Source: a virus
DNA: 64,000 bases
Direction: 5' to 3' (one strand)
Virus record (IMG/VR): IMGVR_UViG_3300033148_006102
Coordinates: 1 to 64,000 of that record
Numbering within the stretch: position 1 is the stretch's first letter; the number at the start of each line of letters is the position of its first letter. Below, one piece after another: positions 27,751 to 37,144 of this stretch. The notes below the pieces were generated by a model. The model searched no databases, was not told the origin of the DNA, and saw only the letters and a list, made by a program, of their open reading frames with translations. Made by a program: the position numbers and the translations under genes.

Positions 27751-28639
27751 GCTGTCCGTTCTCAGCTTCGGCGGAGGCCAGGATTCGACAGTTATATTGA
27801 TCAAGCTGATTCAGGATGCGTGGTTTCGCGAAAAGTACGCACCTGAGGATCTGCTGGTCATAATCAGTGATACAGGCGATGAACACCAAGAAACGTATGA
27901 TCACGTCGACCAGATGCTGCGTAGAGCAAGAGAACGCGGCGTCGAGACTGCCTGGCTCCGCCCAGCAATGGGATTTCACTCAGAAAAGTGGCAAAGCCTT
28001 CGTGGATTTTATCGACGAACGAATACGATCGGCTCGAAGGCTTTCCCAAAAACCTGTACGGACAAGCTGAAGCTGGTGCCAATTTACCGATATCTCTCCG
28101 AATACGTGGCCGCGAAGTATTCGCCGCCGTCGACAGGGAAAAGATACAGAGGTAAACAGCCGTTAGTTGACTTTGCCGCGGCATTCGGTAAGATTCGCGT
28201 CATGCTGGGAATAGCTGCGGGAGAAGAGTCCCGCGTGGCCGATGAAGACAAGCTGCCGAAGTGGATGCAGTTGTCTATCGAACGCAGCTACCCATTGATC
28301 GATGTAGGATGGGATCGATCAGACTGCATTGCGTTCATGCAGGGCAACGTGTTTGGCGTACCAATCCCATCCAACTGTATGCTGTGTCCATACATGAATC
28401 TAGCGGAGCTCTTGTGGCTGTACCGCTTCCATCCAAAAGACTACGACGAATGGGTGGAGCTCGAGGCCAACAAGATCGCGGCAAACAAACACAAGGGAGA
28501 CAAGAATCTCGGTGTCTGGGGTAAAAAATTATTACCCGAGGTGCTGCGTGAGGCTATTGAGAAACACGGTCACATGACCGATGAGGAATTGTGGGATTAT
28601 AAGATGACCCATGGTCACAATGTCCGCTCAAAGTATTAG
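27734..28639 (+). CDS. PAPS-reductase-like PP-loop protein
   Basis: VLSFGGGQDS PP-loop; CTDKLK; SNCMLCPY. Confidence 0.8.
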   Translation: MNHSPKLSVLSFGGGQDSTVILIKLIQDAWFREKYAPEDLLVIISDTGDEHQETYDHVDQMLRRARERGVETAWLRPAMGFHSEKWQSLRGFYRRTNTIGSKAFPKTCTDKLKLVPIYRYLSEYVAAKYSPPSTGKRYRGKQPLVDFAAAFGKIRVMLGIAAGEESRVADEDKLPKWMQLSIERSYPLIDVGWDRSDCIAFMQGNVFGVPIPSNCMLCPYMNLAELLWLYRFHPKDYDEWVELEANKIAANKHKGDKNLGVWGKKLLPEVLREAIEKHGHMTDEELWDYKMTHGHNVRSKY

Positions 28640-28647
28640 GAGACGCT

Positions 28648-29229
28648 ATGCCTGACGGAAAGCGAACACCGATAGAGTTATCCAAGCCGCCGAAGTGGCT
28701 ACCAGATGGCAGTGTTGAGTTAACGATGTCAGCGGCAGAAGAATTCAAGATGCGGCTACAGATGGACGAGCAGCTGACACAGGCCGGCGTGGACGCAGGT
28801 GTGCTCGAGCGCGGCCCACCTGTGGTTTGTAGTGGTCCTATTCATGCTGATCGTAAGCCATTGTTTGACCGGGATGCCTTAGATCCTCGGGTTAACGAGA
28901 CGCTCGTAGAGAAATCAGATATTGTTGTTTGTGTGAAGGTGCTTCCGACAGGTCAACCGAATGCAAATGGGGATGTCTTTGTTATGAAGGACAAAGAAGA
29001 CGTTATCGCGACGTACGAATACTTTGATGTGGTTGCACAGCCGCAGAAGCCGCACCGTAAAACACGCGACTATCTCATAAAGAAATCTGACGGCTTTGTG
29101 CTTGGTCAGATTGTTTTCCATGCGCCGTGGCGTCAGCACGTGTTGATACTAGAGCCGCATACAATATGGTCGAAGGGCTGTATGGAGGACGTGAACGTCT
29201 TCCTGGCCCAATTAAAGGAGAAGAAATGA
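28648..29229 (+). CDS. Hypothetical protein
   Basis: GGAG RBS; 193 aa. Confidence 0.6.
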   Translation: MPDGKRTPIELSKPPKWLPDGSVELTMSAAEEFKMRLQMDEQLTQAGVDAGVLERGPPVVCSGPIHADRKPLFDRDALDPRVNETLVEKSDIVVCVKVLPTGQPNANGDVFVMKDKEDVIATYEYFDVVAQPQKPHRKTRDYLIKKSDGFVLGQIVFHAPWRQHVLILEPHTIWSKGCMEDVNVFLAQLKEKK

Positions 29230-29495
29230 ATTTTGGCGAAGCTATTGCGGCCCTGAAGGCGGGCAAGCGCGTGTGTCGTGGTCCAGGTTGGAACGGCAAG
29301 GGTATGTGGCTTGTCTACGTGCCTGGCTCAACAATTACGGTTGAGGAAGGTCGACCGTTGGCCGTGGGCATCCCGGTAGGCACGGTTGTTGAATTTCAGC
29401 CTTATATCGTCATGAAGACGGCGCAGGACACGATGGTGCCATGGCTCGCGTCTCAGAGCGATGTACTCGGTGAGGATTGGGAAATCGTTGAGTAA
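29226..29495 (+). CDS. DUF2829 / Tad2-like anti-defence nucleotide-sponge family protein
   Basis: MNFGEAIAALKAGKRVCR..GWNGKGMWL...PWLASQSDVLGEDW. Confidence 0.85.
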   Translation: MNFGEAIAALKAGKRVCRGPGWNGKGMWLVYVPGSTITVEEGRPLAVGIPVGTVVEFQPYIVMKTAQDTMVPWLASQSDVLGEDWEIVE

Positions 29496-29601
29496 CGAAG
29501 TAATAGCTGACCTGATTGTGGCCGCATGGCTTATCGCCGGTGTGATCACAATTAGCGTCATGTTTGGTCAATTGATTTGGTCCATGAAAGGAACACAGTG
29601 A
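29488..29601 (+). CDS. 37-aa single-TM peptide (not in ORF track)
   Basis: MSNEVIADLIVAAWLIAGVITISVMFGQLIWSMKGTQ; overlaps both neighbours. Confidence 0.4.
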   Translation: MSNEVIADLIVAAWLIAGVITISVMFGQLIWSMKGTQ

Positions 29602-30224
29602 TGGTTAAGCCAAGAACCAAACAAGAACGGATGGTGCTTGTCTTCTATAAGGAAGCACAAGAAAAAGTGGTTGAGTTAGTGGCTTTTATGCGTGAGCAGC
29701 TTGTGGGCCGCAAGGTGGTACTCACCAAGATGGAGCCTAAATACCACACTACTGATACATATCGGCGCAAAATAACGGTTGATGGGTTTCCAGTATTTAT
29801 TGCGGCATCGAAGACGCAGTACATGCTACGTGGAGAAACTCCGCGCTGGTGGATACGCATTAAAAGTAAGGTTAATACTTGGACAGAACGTAAATATGCG
29901 TACTACCAGATAGGTAAGACAACAAACCTAGCTGCGGCGGTTAAAACCATGTGCAGGCGTATCCTGCGTTGGCAGCAAGAATCACGTGATTTGCATGAGG
30001 CTAAGGTCGCGCGCAAATTACGTGAAGTACAAACAAAGAAGGTGTTCAAGAAATACGCGCGCTTCGGTAAAGGCCGCAAGAACGTGGCGTGTTTGGTTGA
30101 GGGCGTAGATAACGTGGATCTGCATGACTGGAATGATCGATATGAGATTGAGTTCAAAACGGATAGCCTCGACACAATGGCGGAGCTACTCGCGAAGCTC
30201 AGGAAAGCGAAGATCATAAAATGA
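29601..30224 (+). CDS. Basic hypothetical protein
   Basis: Lys/Arg-rich; AAGGA RBS. Confidence 0.55.
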   Translation: MVKPRTKQERMVLVFYKEAQEKVVELVAFMREQLVGRKVVLTKMEPKYHTTDTYRRKITVDGFPVFIAASKTQYMLRGETPRWWIRIKSKVNTWTERKYAYYQIGKTTNLAAAVKTMCRRILRWQQESRDLHEAKVARKLREVQTKKVFKKYARFGKGRKNVACLVEGVDNVDLHDWNDRYEIEFKTDSLDTMAELLAKLRKAKIIK

Positions 30225-30823
30225 CAGACGATAATATAGATATGTTTGGGCCGTTTGCCGGAAGCAAAATGGACATGCTTATGCGGCATATGGCTTTAAT
30301 GGCCGTATGGAAGCTGTTTCAGGTTGAGCAGATGATGAAGGAGTCGCAGGTCGATTCGCGGCACGGTCCGATGGAATCAGATAAGGATAGTTTTGGTGCC
30401 TTCATGTATTGGATGCATCGCGTAATGCGCGAGGCGCTCGATGATGAAGGCATTAAATACGCTGAATCCGCAACGGAACAGACAATAACTGTGTCTGAGA
30501 CAGCATGGGAGAAGCTACATCTGCAGGCGGATATGGCTACCTGGGTTAATAGCATAATCCCAGATACCAATCTGCCCATGAAGCTGAAGGAAGAGGTTCA
30601 AGAGCTTCTCGAAGCTATGCAGCATCCGAAGATACGGCATTCTGAGGTGGACAACACATCGGAGATGGAAGACGAGCTGGCAGATGTGCTGCTAGTGCTA
30701 ATGGTGATCGCGCATCGATGCCATGTAGATCTTCTGCAGGTCGGCGTCAACAAACTCGAGGTGAATAGAAAACGCAAGTGGGAAAAGCAGCCAGGTGGTA
30801 CTTACCACCATGTGGAGGATTAA
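30221..30823 (+). CDS. Protein with C-terminal MazG-like NTP pyrophosphohydrolase domain
   Basis: KLKEEVQEL...EDELADV...NKLEVNRKRKW. Confidence 0.8.
   Translation: MTDDNIDMFGPFAGSKMDMLMRHMALMAVWKLFQVEQMMKESQVDSRHGPMESDKDSFGAFMYWMHRVMREALDDEGIKYAESATEQTITVSETAWEKLHLQADMATWVNSIIPDTNLPMKLKEEVQELLEAMQHPKIRHSEVDNTSEMEDELADVLLVLMVIAHRCHVDLLQVGVNKLEVNRKRKWEKQPGGTYHHVED
30541..30563 (-). repeat. 23-bp dyad site, copy 4 (intragenic, reversed spacer)
   Basis: Minus strand CTGGGATT-ATGCTAT-TAACCCAG. Confidence 0.7.
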
Positions 30824-32227
30824 GTGTTCGAGCAAATAGGTTTCTTTGAGGGAGCTGGATTCGCGGCGGCCCTCGCGTTAGGCGGTATCCTGCTCACGAG
30901 TTGGGCGAAGGTAAAGGACTTCTTCAGCCGTCTGTACAGTCGCATCGTGGTAACCGTCATTATTGACTGGCCGGTCTACACCGCTGTCCAGGCATACCTC
31001 AATCGGAACTACAAGCGATCGCGCTTCGGTATCAAGTTCTACGAGGGCTTCCATGCCTTTGTACGGCCGAAGCGCCGATGGGAGATGGTTGCGTACGAGC
31101 GCATCGGGAAGAGTTCGCGCCTCTTCAGGCGTGGTTGGTGCTTCCTGTGGGCGAAGTACGGCAATGACGACAATAACAGCCGTGATACGTTGGCCGTTAG
31201 TTTCTTTCGCGGCATGCTCAACCCTGAGAAGCTTGTGGCGGATGCCGTGACGTATTGGAATGACGTAACGCGTGGTACTGGCGGCAACCGGTCCACGCGT
31301 TATTGCGTTTACCGTGTCTTTGGCAAGGGTGGGCGCCTGCGGGGTGTCGCGTCCAGTGATGATTCAGATTCTGATAGCGCGGGCGCCGGCGCAGTACGTG
31401 TACAGAGTGCGCGTGCCAGTTTCATGGACGAGATCTACGAGCACAACCTCATTGGTTGGGAACCGGACGACATTGGGCCGGACGTAACAATAGGATCTGC
31501 TGTAGAGAAGATGGCGCTGCATGAGGACGCGCTGGAGGCCGTGGAAGAGGTCAAGCGGTGGCTGGAGAGCGAGAAGTGGTATATTGAGCGCAGCATCCCA
31601 TGGAAGCGCGGATGGCTGCTACACGGGGTACCGGGAACAGGTAAGACGAGCCTTGTGCGCTCAATTGCCGAGGACCTGGACATACCGATCTATGTCTACG
31701 ATCTCGCGTCCCTGTCCAATCAGGAAATGACCGAATCGTGGATGACAATGCTCGAACATACACCGGTCATTGCATTGTTGGAAGATATTGATAATGTGTT
31801 CTATGAACGCAAGAACACCACAGGCGAGATGGGCGGAGGCTTGACCTTCGATTGCCTGCTTAACTGCATTGACGGTGTTGAGCGTTCGGATGGGCTCTTT
31901 GTGGTAGTCACAACCAATCGTTTGGAAGGCTTGGACAAGGCGCTAGGCATACCGTCTGATGACGGCAGTGGTGTATCCACAAGGCCAGGCCGCATTGATC
32001 GAGCCATCGCGATGCTTCCTCTGAGCGAGGACGGCCGGCGTAAGTTGGCGAAGCGCATTCTGAGGGATTGGCCGGAGAAGATCGAAGAATTGGTAGCTTC
32101 GTGCGAAGGCAACACAGGCGCGGAATTCCAGGAACGATGTGCGCGCTGGGCCTTGGCGAAGCATTGGGATGATAAGGAAGACGATGAAGCCAGAAGTGTT
32201 TTGGAACATGAACATGCGCGGTGCTGA
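30824..32227 (+). CDS. BCS1-like AAA+ ATPase with N-terminal TM helix
   Basis: WKRGWLLHGVPGTGKTS, LLEDID, CLLNCIDG, TTNR, RPGRID. Confidence 0.85.
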   Translation: MFEQIGFFEGAGFAAALALGGILLTSWAKVKDFFSRLYSRIVVTVIIDWPVYTAVQAYLNRNYKRSRFGIKFYEGFHAFVRPKRRWEMVAYERIGKSSRLFRRGWCFLWAKYGNDDNNSRDTLAVSFFRGMLNPEKLVADAVTYWNDVTRGTGGNRSTRYCVYRVFGKGGRLRGVASSDDSDSDSAGAGAVRVQSARASFMDEIYEHNLIGWEPDDIGPDVTIGSAVEKMALHEDALEAVEEVKRWLESEKWYIERSIPWKRGWLLHGVPGTGKTSLVRSIAEDLDIPIYVYDLASLSNQEMTESWMTMLEHTPVIALLEDIDNVFYERKNTTGEMGGGLTFDCLLNCIDGVERSDGLFVVVTTNRLEGLDKALGIPSDDGSGVSTRPGRIDRAIAMLPLSEDGRRKLAKRILRDWPEKIEELVASCEGNTGAEFQERCARWALAKHWDDKEDDEARSVLEHEHARC

Positions 32228-32585
32228 TCCTGAACTGAGGGACACGCATCAGAAGTGGGATGAAGCCATGTTGAAGGCTGAAACTGCCTTCATCGAACAA
32301 GTAATAGGTGCGTACCGCGAGCTCGGCAATGGTGACTTCATGCTGGTATCGTTGGCACGCAACCTGCGCTCACGCCTACGTAATGAAGTAATAGATTGCG
32401 CGTACCACGCGCGGATGCAGGCGAAGACGCTCAAATCAAGCGCGAAGAAGATCTGTCGTAACTGTGATCTGTTGCGGTACGTACCAGATTCAATGAGTCA
32501 CAGCAAATCATCAGGCTGTGAGGTTATGGGGAATCGCGAGCCCGATATGGAGGCTTGCGATGAATTTGTGGAGAAAGAAGGGTAA
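32184..32585 (+). CDS. Hypothetical protein
   Basis: C-terminal CRNC...C...C; coupled. Confidence 0.5.
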   Translation: MKPEVFWNMNMRGADPELRDTHQKWDEAMLKAETAFIEQVIGAYRELGNGDFMLVSLARNLRSRLRNEVIDCAYHARMQAKTLKSSAKKICRNCDLLRYVPDSMSHSKSSGCEVMGNREPDMEACDEFVEKEG

Positions 32586-32983
32586 TGACACAGTTAGACG
32601 TAGCTAAGGCGCTTCAAAAAGGGGCAGAAGATGCGCTGGAAGGGGAAATGCGGAAAGTTCCGGAGACCTTAGAAGCAGTTAAAAAAGCCGACGATGTAAT
32701 TGCGCGGCAACAAGCGAAGAAGAAGGAAGCAGATGCGACTAACCCGTCGCATTACAAGGATGTCGGCATTGACGCGCTGACAGTGATGGCCCTGAACAAT
32801 CAGGACTATGACTTCTGTCTTGGCAATGTGTTGAAGTACGCGATGCGCGCCCAGCACAAGAACGGGACAGAGGATTTGCGTAAAGCTCGCTGGTATCTCA
32901 CATACATGATCGGCCGTTCGTATGGTATGAGCGTGGAGGATGCGATCGCGAATTGCCGGTTGCCCTACCCAGGAGATAAATGA
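32585..32983 (+). CDS. DUF3310-family protein
   Basis: NPSHY, FCLGNVLKY..R...K...EDLRKARWYL. Confidence 0.85.
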   Translation: MTQLDVAKALQKGAEDALEGEMRKVPETLEAVKKADDVIARQQAKKKEADATNPSHYKDVGIDALTVMALNNQDYDFCLGNVLKYAMRAQHKNGTEDLRKARWYLTYMIGRSYGMSVEDAIANCRLPYPGDK

Positions 32984-33294
32984 TGCTGAAAAAAGGCGCA
33001 TTTTATTCTCCAAGGGATGTTGATGACAGCTATGACGTCAATTCATGGCGTTGGATGTACGGTACTGATCGAGATGTGCGCGTACATATAGAACAAAACG
33101 CATTGGACTATGCAAAGCACATGGCTCGAAGGGCAGCGGCCGCAGAAGCGCGGCTTAACAGTATTTTGATGCGGGTTGTGGGCACGATAGCTGGTGAGGA
33201 AACACGAGCATTGCATCACATCAGGGACATGTGCATGGATTCGTTGTACCCAGAAAGGAAAAGAGCACGTGAGAGAAGACAAAGAAGCGCCTGA
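32980..33294 (+). CDS. Hypothetical protein
   Basis: ATGA overlap. Confidence 0.5.
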   Translation: MMLKKGAFYSPRDVDDSYDVNSWRWMYGTDRDVRVHIEQNALDYAKHMARRAAAAEARLNSILMRVVGTIAGEETRALHHIRDMCMDSLYPERKRARERRQRSA

Positions 33295-33475
33295 AGAGAT
33301 CATTCAACAGATCAAGAAACAGGCAGGTAAAGCAGCAACTGCGCTCAATCAAGGCACATGGGAAGAGGTCTACGATGAGTCGATGAAGCTGTATGACATC
33401 ACAAAACATCTCGTCGAACGTGTCGCGGAAGAGCGGGACGCTGAAGAGGATGAGTTAGAAGAGGATGAAGATTGA
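33269..33475 (+). CDS. Small acidic hypothetical protein
   Basis: GTG start inferred within ORF 33194-33475. Confidence 0.45.
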   Translation: MREDKEAPEEIIQQIKKQAGKAATALNQGTWEEVYDESMKLYDITKHLVERVAEERDAEEDELEEDED

Positions 33476-33678
33476 TGGCACGAGTTCATTGCGAAGTGGA
33501 ATACACGCAGCAACTGAATGAAGACACTGAACGCATGCAGGACTGCGTGGTCGTGACATGCACCAAGTGTGGCGATTCCCAGATGAGCTGGGGCCACGGC
33601 GACGCAAGCGTACGACGCTGTTTGGCGCTGTTGTCAGAGGAATGCGTCGAGAACAATTTCTATGTAGTTGATGAATAA
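33472..33678 (+). CDS. Small Cys-rich protein
   Basis: VTCTKCG...RRCLALL.EEC. Confidence 0.55.
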   Translation: MMARVHCEVEYTQQLNEDTERMQDCVVVTCTKCGDSQMSWGHGDASVRRCLALLSEECVENNFYVVDE

Positions 33679-34168
33679 GCAGAAGGAAACGGATATGGCG
33701 GTAAACGCGGATCGTGCGATTGATAGGCTGGTCAATAAAGAGCGAAAATTCGCGAAAGCGCTCTCGGAGCCAGAATCGGTAGAAGTCTCGCTTCATTTGT
33801 TTCGTAAATGGCTAGAGTTTCGCCATATCGAAAAAGAAGAGGCGCATGAGCTATTCGCCAATCGTCTCAAGGGATTTCGCGGCGCACCAGCGGCGTACAT
33901 GAAATTGCAGCATGAATTGGATCAAGTATCTGGCAGTCATCTGCTTGACCATGCGCGAGCATTCAGGACAGCTGATAAGGCAGTTGTACTTGTGTCGCAG
34001 CCATATACCGACCCAGGTACCGCTGAGCGCGAAGCTATCGAAGAATACTGTCAAGAGCATGGTATGCGTGTGCGCTTCTGCTCACCAAGCGAATCATGGC
34101 ATTATCCAGAGCACACAACGCTTGTTGAATTTTGGAAAGCGGAAGAATATCCGCAGTCAGAGAAGTAA
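33668..34168 (+). CDS. Hypothetical protein
   Basis: LLDHARAF...SQPY...SWHYP. Confidence 0.6.
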   Translation: MMNKQKETDMAVNADRAIDRLVNKERKFAKALSEPESVEVSLHLFRKWLEFRHIEKEEAHELFANRLKGFRGAPAAYMKLQHELDQVSGSHLLDHARAFRTADKAVVLVSQPYTDPGTAEREAIEEYCQEHGMRVRFCSPSESWHYPEHTTLVEFWKAEEYPQSEK

Positions 34169-34170
34169 GC

Positions 34171-34440
34171 ATGCCACGAGAAGGTCAGTATAAATTAGAT
34201 GAGATCGGCGCCGTTCTCGAAGACGAAGACGGCGTGCGCGAGGTCTGGCATGATGGACAATGGGTCAAGTGGTACCGAAATTCGGACCATAAAAACATCG
34301 TGGAATTAAAACACGAAATGAAGGAACTGAAGGCTGTTGTGTATGACCTTGTATGCGCAACAATTGTTCAGCATCCGTCACATTCGGTTGCCAAAAATCT
34401 CAAGGGATACTATCTCAAACACAAAGCAACGAAAGGATAA
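34171..34440 (+). CDS. Hypothetical protein
   Basis: ATG after the upstream stop. Confidence 0.5.
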   Translation: MPREGQYKLDEIGAVLEDEDGVREVWHDGQWVKWYRNSDHKNIVELKHEMKELKAVVYDLVCATIVQHPSHSVAKNLKGYYLKHKATKG

Positions 34441-34441
34441 A

Positions 34442-35221
34442 ATGGATACGCTTATTGTAGTTGAGCCGCATTTCGAGCTCATTACACCACGGGAAGATCT
34501 TGGGCGCATGCTGAAACTGCTCGAGGCTGCCGGCCGGACTTGCTACAAGTCTGAGGCAATGATAAAGGAAGACTCGGCCGGCAAGTTCATTCAAGGTATT
34601 GTCAAGCGCGGTCATGAGTCCGTGATCGAGCACTGTGTTATCACAGGGCGTTTTGTGGGCGATAGGACCATGTCGCATCAGCTGGTGCGGCATAGGATCG
34701 CGGCCTATTCACAGGAATCTCAGCGATATTGTGATTATGGCAAAGTCTCAGCCATGCAGATCGTGGCGCCACCGGATACTAGGTTGCCGCCAGGAATATA
34801 CGAACGGGACGAGAACAAGCTTATCCGCTTTACCAAACGTACTGGTGAAGGCCCATTCAGGCTGCAGGCCTACATGGCAGAGGATAATTGGTCTATTGCG
34901 GAAATGGCAATAGCCAAAGCTTTTCTTGGTATCAACTTCGATGCTTACTGGACATATCAGTGGTTGCGCAATCACGGCCTCAAGCCAGAGGACGCGCGGT
35001 TGGTGCTTCCAGGTGGATCCAAGACCGAAGTGGTGACTACCTTCAATTTGCGGATGTGGCGGCACGTGTTTGAGGAACGCGCGCTCAATCCACATGCGCA
35101 GTGGCAAATCAAGAAGATCATGCGCCAAGCATTGGAGATCTTCGGGGAAGAGTTGCCAGAATTGTACGGTGACCAGTTGGAACGCTTGAAGGAACAAGTG
35201 GCAAATGAACAAAGCAGTTGA
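34442..35221 (+). CDS. thyX: FAD-dependent thymidylate synthase
   Basis: GHESVIEH, HQLVRHRIAAYSQESQRY, PEDARLVLP, HAQWQI. Confidence 0.95.
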   Translation: MDTLIVVEPHFELITPREDLGRMLKLLEAAGRTCYKSEAMIKEDSAGKFIQGIVKRGHESVIEHCVITGRFVGDRTMSHQLVRHRIAAYSQESQRYCDYGKVSAMQIVAPPDTRLPPGIYERDENKLIRFTKRTGEGPFRLQAYMAEDNWSIAEMAIAKAFLGINFDAYWTYQWLRNHGLKPEDARLVLPGGSKTEVVTTFNLRMWRHVFEERALNPHAQWQIKKIMRQALEIFGEELPELYGDQLERLKEQVANEQSS

Positions 35222-35606
35222 TTGTGAAGGGACGGAGTTGCGGCCAGGTGATCTGGTCGCCTCAGCCCCTACGGATGAACAAATCCATTGTGCACGCGTC
35301 GAGGCCATCCTTGAGGAGGAATGGTTGGAATTGAAGCACATGAAGACCGGTGAGAAGTATCAGATGCTAGCGCACGGCACATTGCTCATGAAGAGTAAGA
35401 CGATGACCTACAAGTCGCGCAAACGGCGTCGACGCAAGCCTGATCATCACCGGCGTGCACAGGAACGTCGGCAAAATCATTATCCACCGAAGCCTACAGC
35501 TTCTGAGGATTACAATCCTCAGGCGTACCATAGTGATATGCGTGAGCCGCCGGAACCTGAATATCAATCTGATAACCCGCAGTGCTACCACAGCGACGAA
35601 AGGTGA
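35205..35606 (+). CDS. Hypothetical protein (SH3/KOW-like N-terminus, basic tail)
   Basis: GTELRPGDLV; Arg-rich C-terminal half. Confidence 0.5.
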   Translation: MNKAVDCEGTELRPGDLVASAPTDEQIHCARVEAILEEEWLELKHMKTGEKYQMLAHGTLLMKSKTMTYKSRKRRRRKPDHHRRAQERRQNHYPPKPTASEDYNPQAYHSDMREPPEPEYQSDNPQCYHSDER

Positions 35607-36199
35607 TGATGAACGCAGCGATATTCGGTGGGATGGCTTCTCACTACACCGATCTGATCAAGCGATTGATCAAGATTGGTTTCAATAAATCAGACGCCAC
35701 ATACTACGCGAACAATTTTGTGCAGACAGTCATGCAAACTAGCGCGCCAAGTGTACCGGCGTGTCAGTTGGACGAGCATCCGATGGCGACATGCATCAAG
35801 CAGTTTTTGGCGTTGCCGGTGCTTGAGCAATGGGAGGTAGTGAAACGGCTGGATCCGCGATACTCCGATCGTTACCGCGGCTATTCGCGTGAATGGTTGT
35901 TTGTGAATCTTGTCCAAAATCTACTGAGACAGCATATTGACCTGAAAACTATCTACATGACTGTGGAATGGTATGCTACAGGTCGCATAGCGGCATACGA
36001 AACATTTGAACGACAACAGCAACAAGGAGAAGTACCTGATGGGGATGATGATAGGAGCGATCCAGCCAGTGGGCTCAGCGATCCCGACAGTGTCGAATGC
36101 ACTTATGTTAAGCATGTCATTCATTCAGACCAGCCCAATAAGAACGGAGACATTTTCGTTCACGAGTCGGCCGATAAAGACGCCGGCGATAGTGACTGA
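35606..36199 (+). CDS. Hypothetical protein
   Basis: TGATG overlap. Confidence 0.55.
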   Translation: MMNAAIFGGMASHYTDLIKRLIKIGFNKSDATYYANNFVQTVMQTSAPSVPACQLDEHPMATCIKQFLALPVLEQWEVVKRLDPRYSDRYRGYSREWLFVNLVQNLLRQHIDLKTIYMTVEWYATGRIAAYETFERQQQQGEVPDGDDDRSDPASGLSDPDSVECTYVKHVIHSDQPNKNGDIFVHESADKDAGDSD

Positions 36200-36252
36200 G
36201 GTGTCGAATATCGCGGACGAATCCGTGCTTGCGAAATTGGGAGTACCGACGT

Positions 36253-36753
36253 ATGCCTGAAGCAAAACGACATGCTCCGATGTGTTTAACAGATGAAGAG
36301 TGGGAACTCTCGGCGGAAGAGTTGTGGAAGCTCAATGACGAATTATTGGCGGCGGCTGATAGATTTATGGCAGCAGGCGGTAATAGGCAATTCAGCCCAG
36401 AATCTGGGAAGGCAGGTTCATTGAGACTCCGTGCTAGTCTTGTGCGTAGGCTTGCGCGAGTAAAAGAGTCGACGGCACCACAACGTGCATTGGCTACTGA
36501 GCTACATGAGCTGTTCTGTTACAACAATCACACCGATATGAGCGGTGGGTGTTACGAGGAAATTGATTACCGAGACAGCAAGAGACCAATGGAACTTGCG
36601 CATTATATTATGTGGTCAGGTAACACACATGCCGACTGGTTGAAGAAAGCGAAAGCGCTCGAAGAGACATCGGCGCTGTCGTATGGCGAGCTAATCGGCG
36701 CCACGCAATCCATGATTCCGCACTTCAAGTTTCCAGATAGTTTGAGGCGATGA
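36253..36753 (+). CDS. Hypothetical protein
   Basis: GGAG RBS. Confidence 0.55.
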   Translation: MPEAKRHAPMCLTDEEWELSAEELWKLNDELLAAADRFMAAGGNRQFSPESGKAGSLRLRASLVRRLARVKESTAPQRALATELHELFCYNNHTDMSGGCYEEIDYRDSKRPMELAHYIMWSGNTHADWLKKAKALEETSALSYGELIGATQSMIPHFKFPDSLRR

Positions 36754-36769
36754 CGGAACAAAACGATTT

Positions 36770-37144
36770 TTGTCGAATGATGAATTAGCTGCATCCACAT
36801 CGATAAAGACATCCATTTCGCTATTAGCGGATATTGCTCCGTCATTAAAAGAGCTGATGAGCATGGATTTGGATGCGCTCGATGACGACAAAGACGCGAA
36901 AACAGAATGGGTAATACATGCTTATACGCTATCTCGGGCGCTTAAAGAATCAGCGGAGATGTATTTGAATGCCTGTGATGCGCTGCGTGAACGCGTACTT
37001 ACGGCATTAAGCGAAGAGGCAGTGGGTAATTTGGATAAATTGGCGCATAGCGTGTTTCACGATAACATGACGGTTTACTATAAAAGGGAATTCAGATGTA
37101 CGCGTGATGCATTGAATGAGGACAAGACAGATGATCAGTCGTGA
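36770..37144 (+). CDS. Hypothetical protein; true start may be ATG 36750 via a frameshift/indel at a T5 run
   Basis: The coupled ATG at 36750 is in a different frame. Confidence 0.5.
   Translation: MSNDELAASTSIKTSISLLADIAPSLKELMSMDLDALDDDKDAKTEWVIHAYTLSRALKESAEMYLNACDALRERVLTALSEEAVGNLDKLAHSVFHDNMTVYYKREFRCTRDALNEDKTDDQS

Noticed and set aside
35205-35606. Possible fusion of two genes through a lost stop codon
   Set aside because: No direct evidence without homologues
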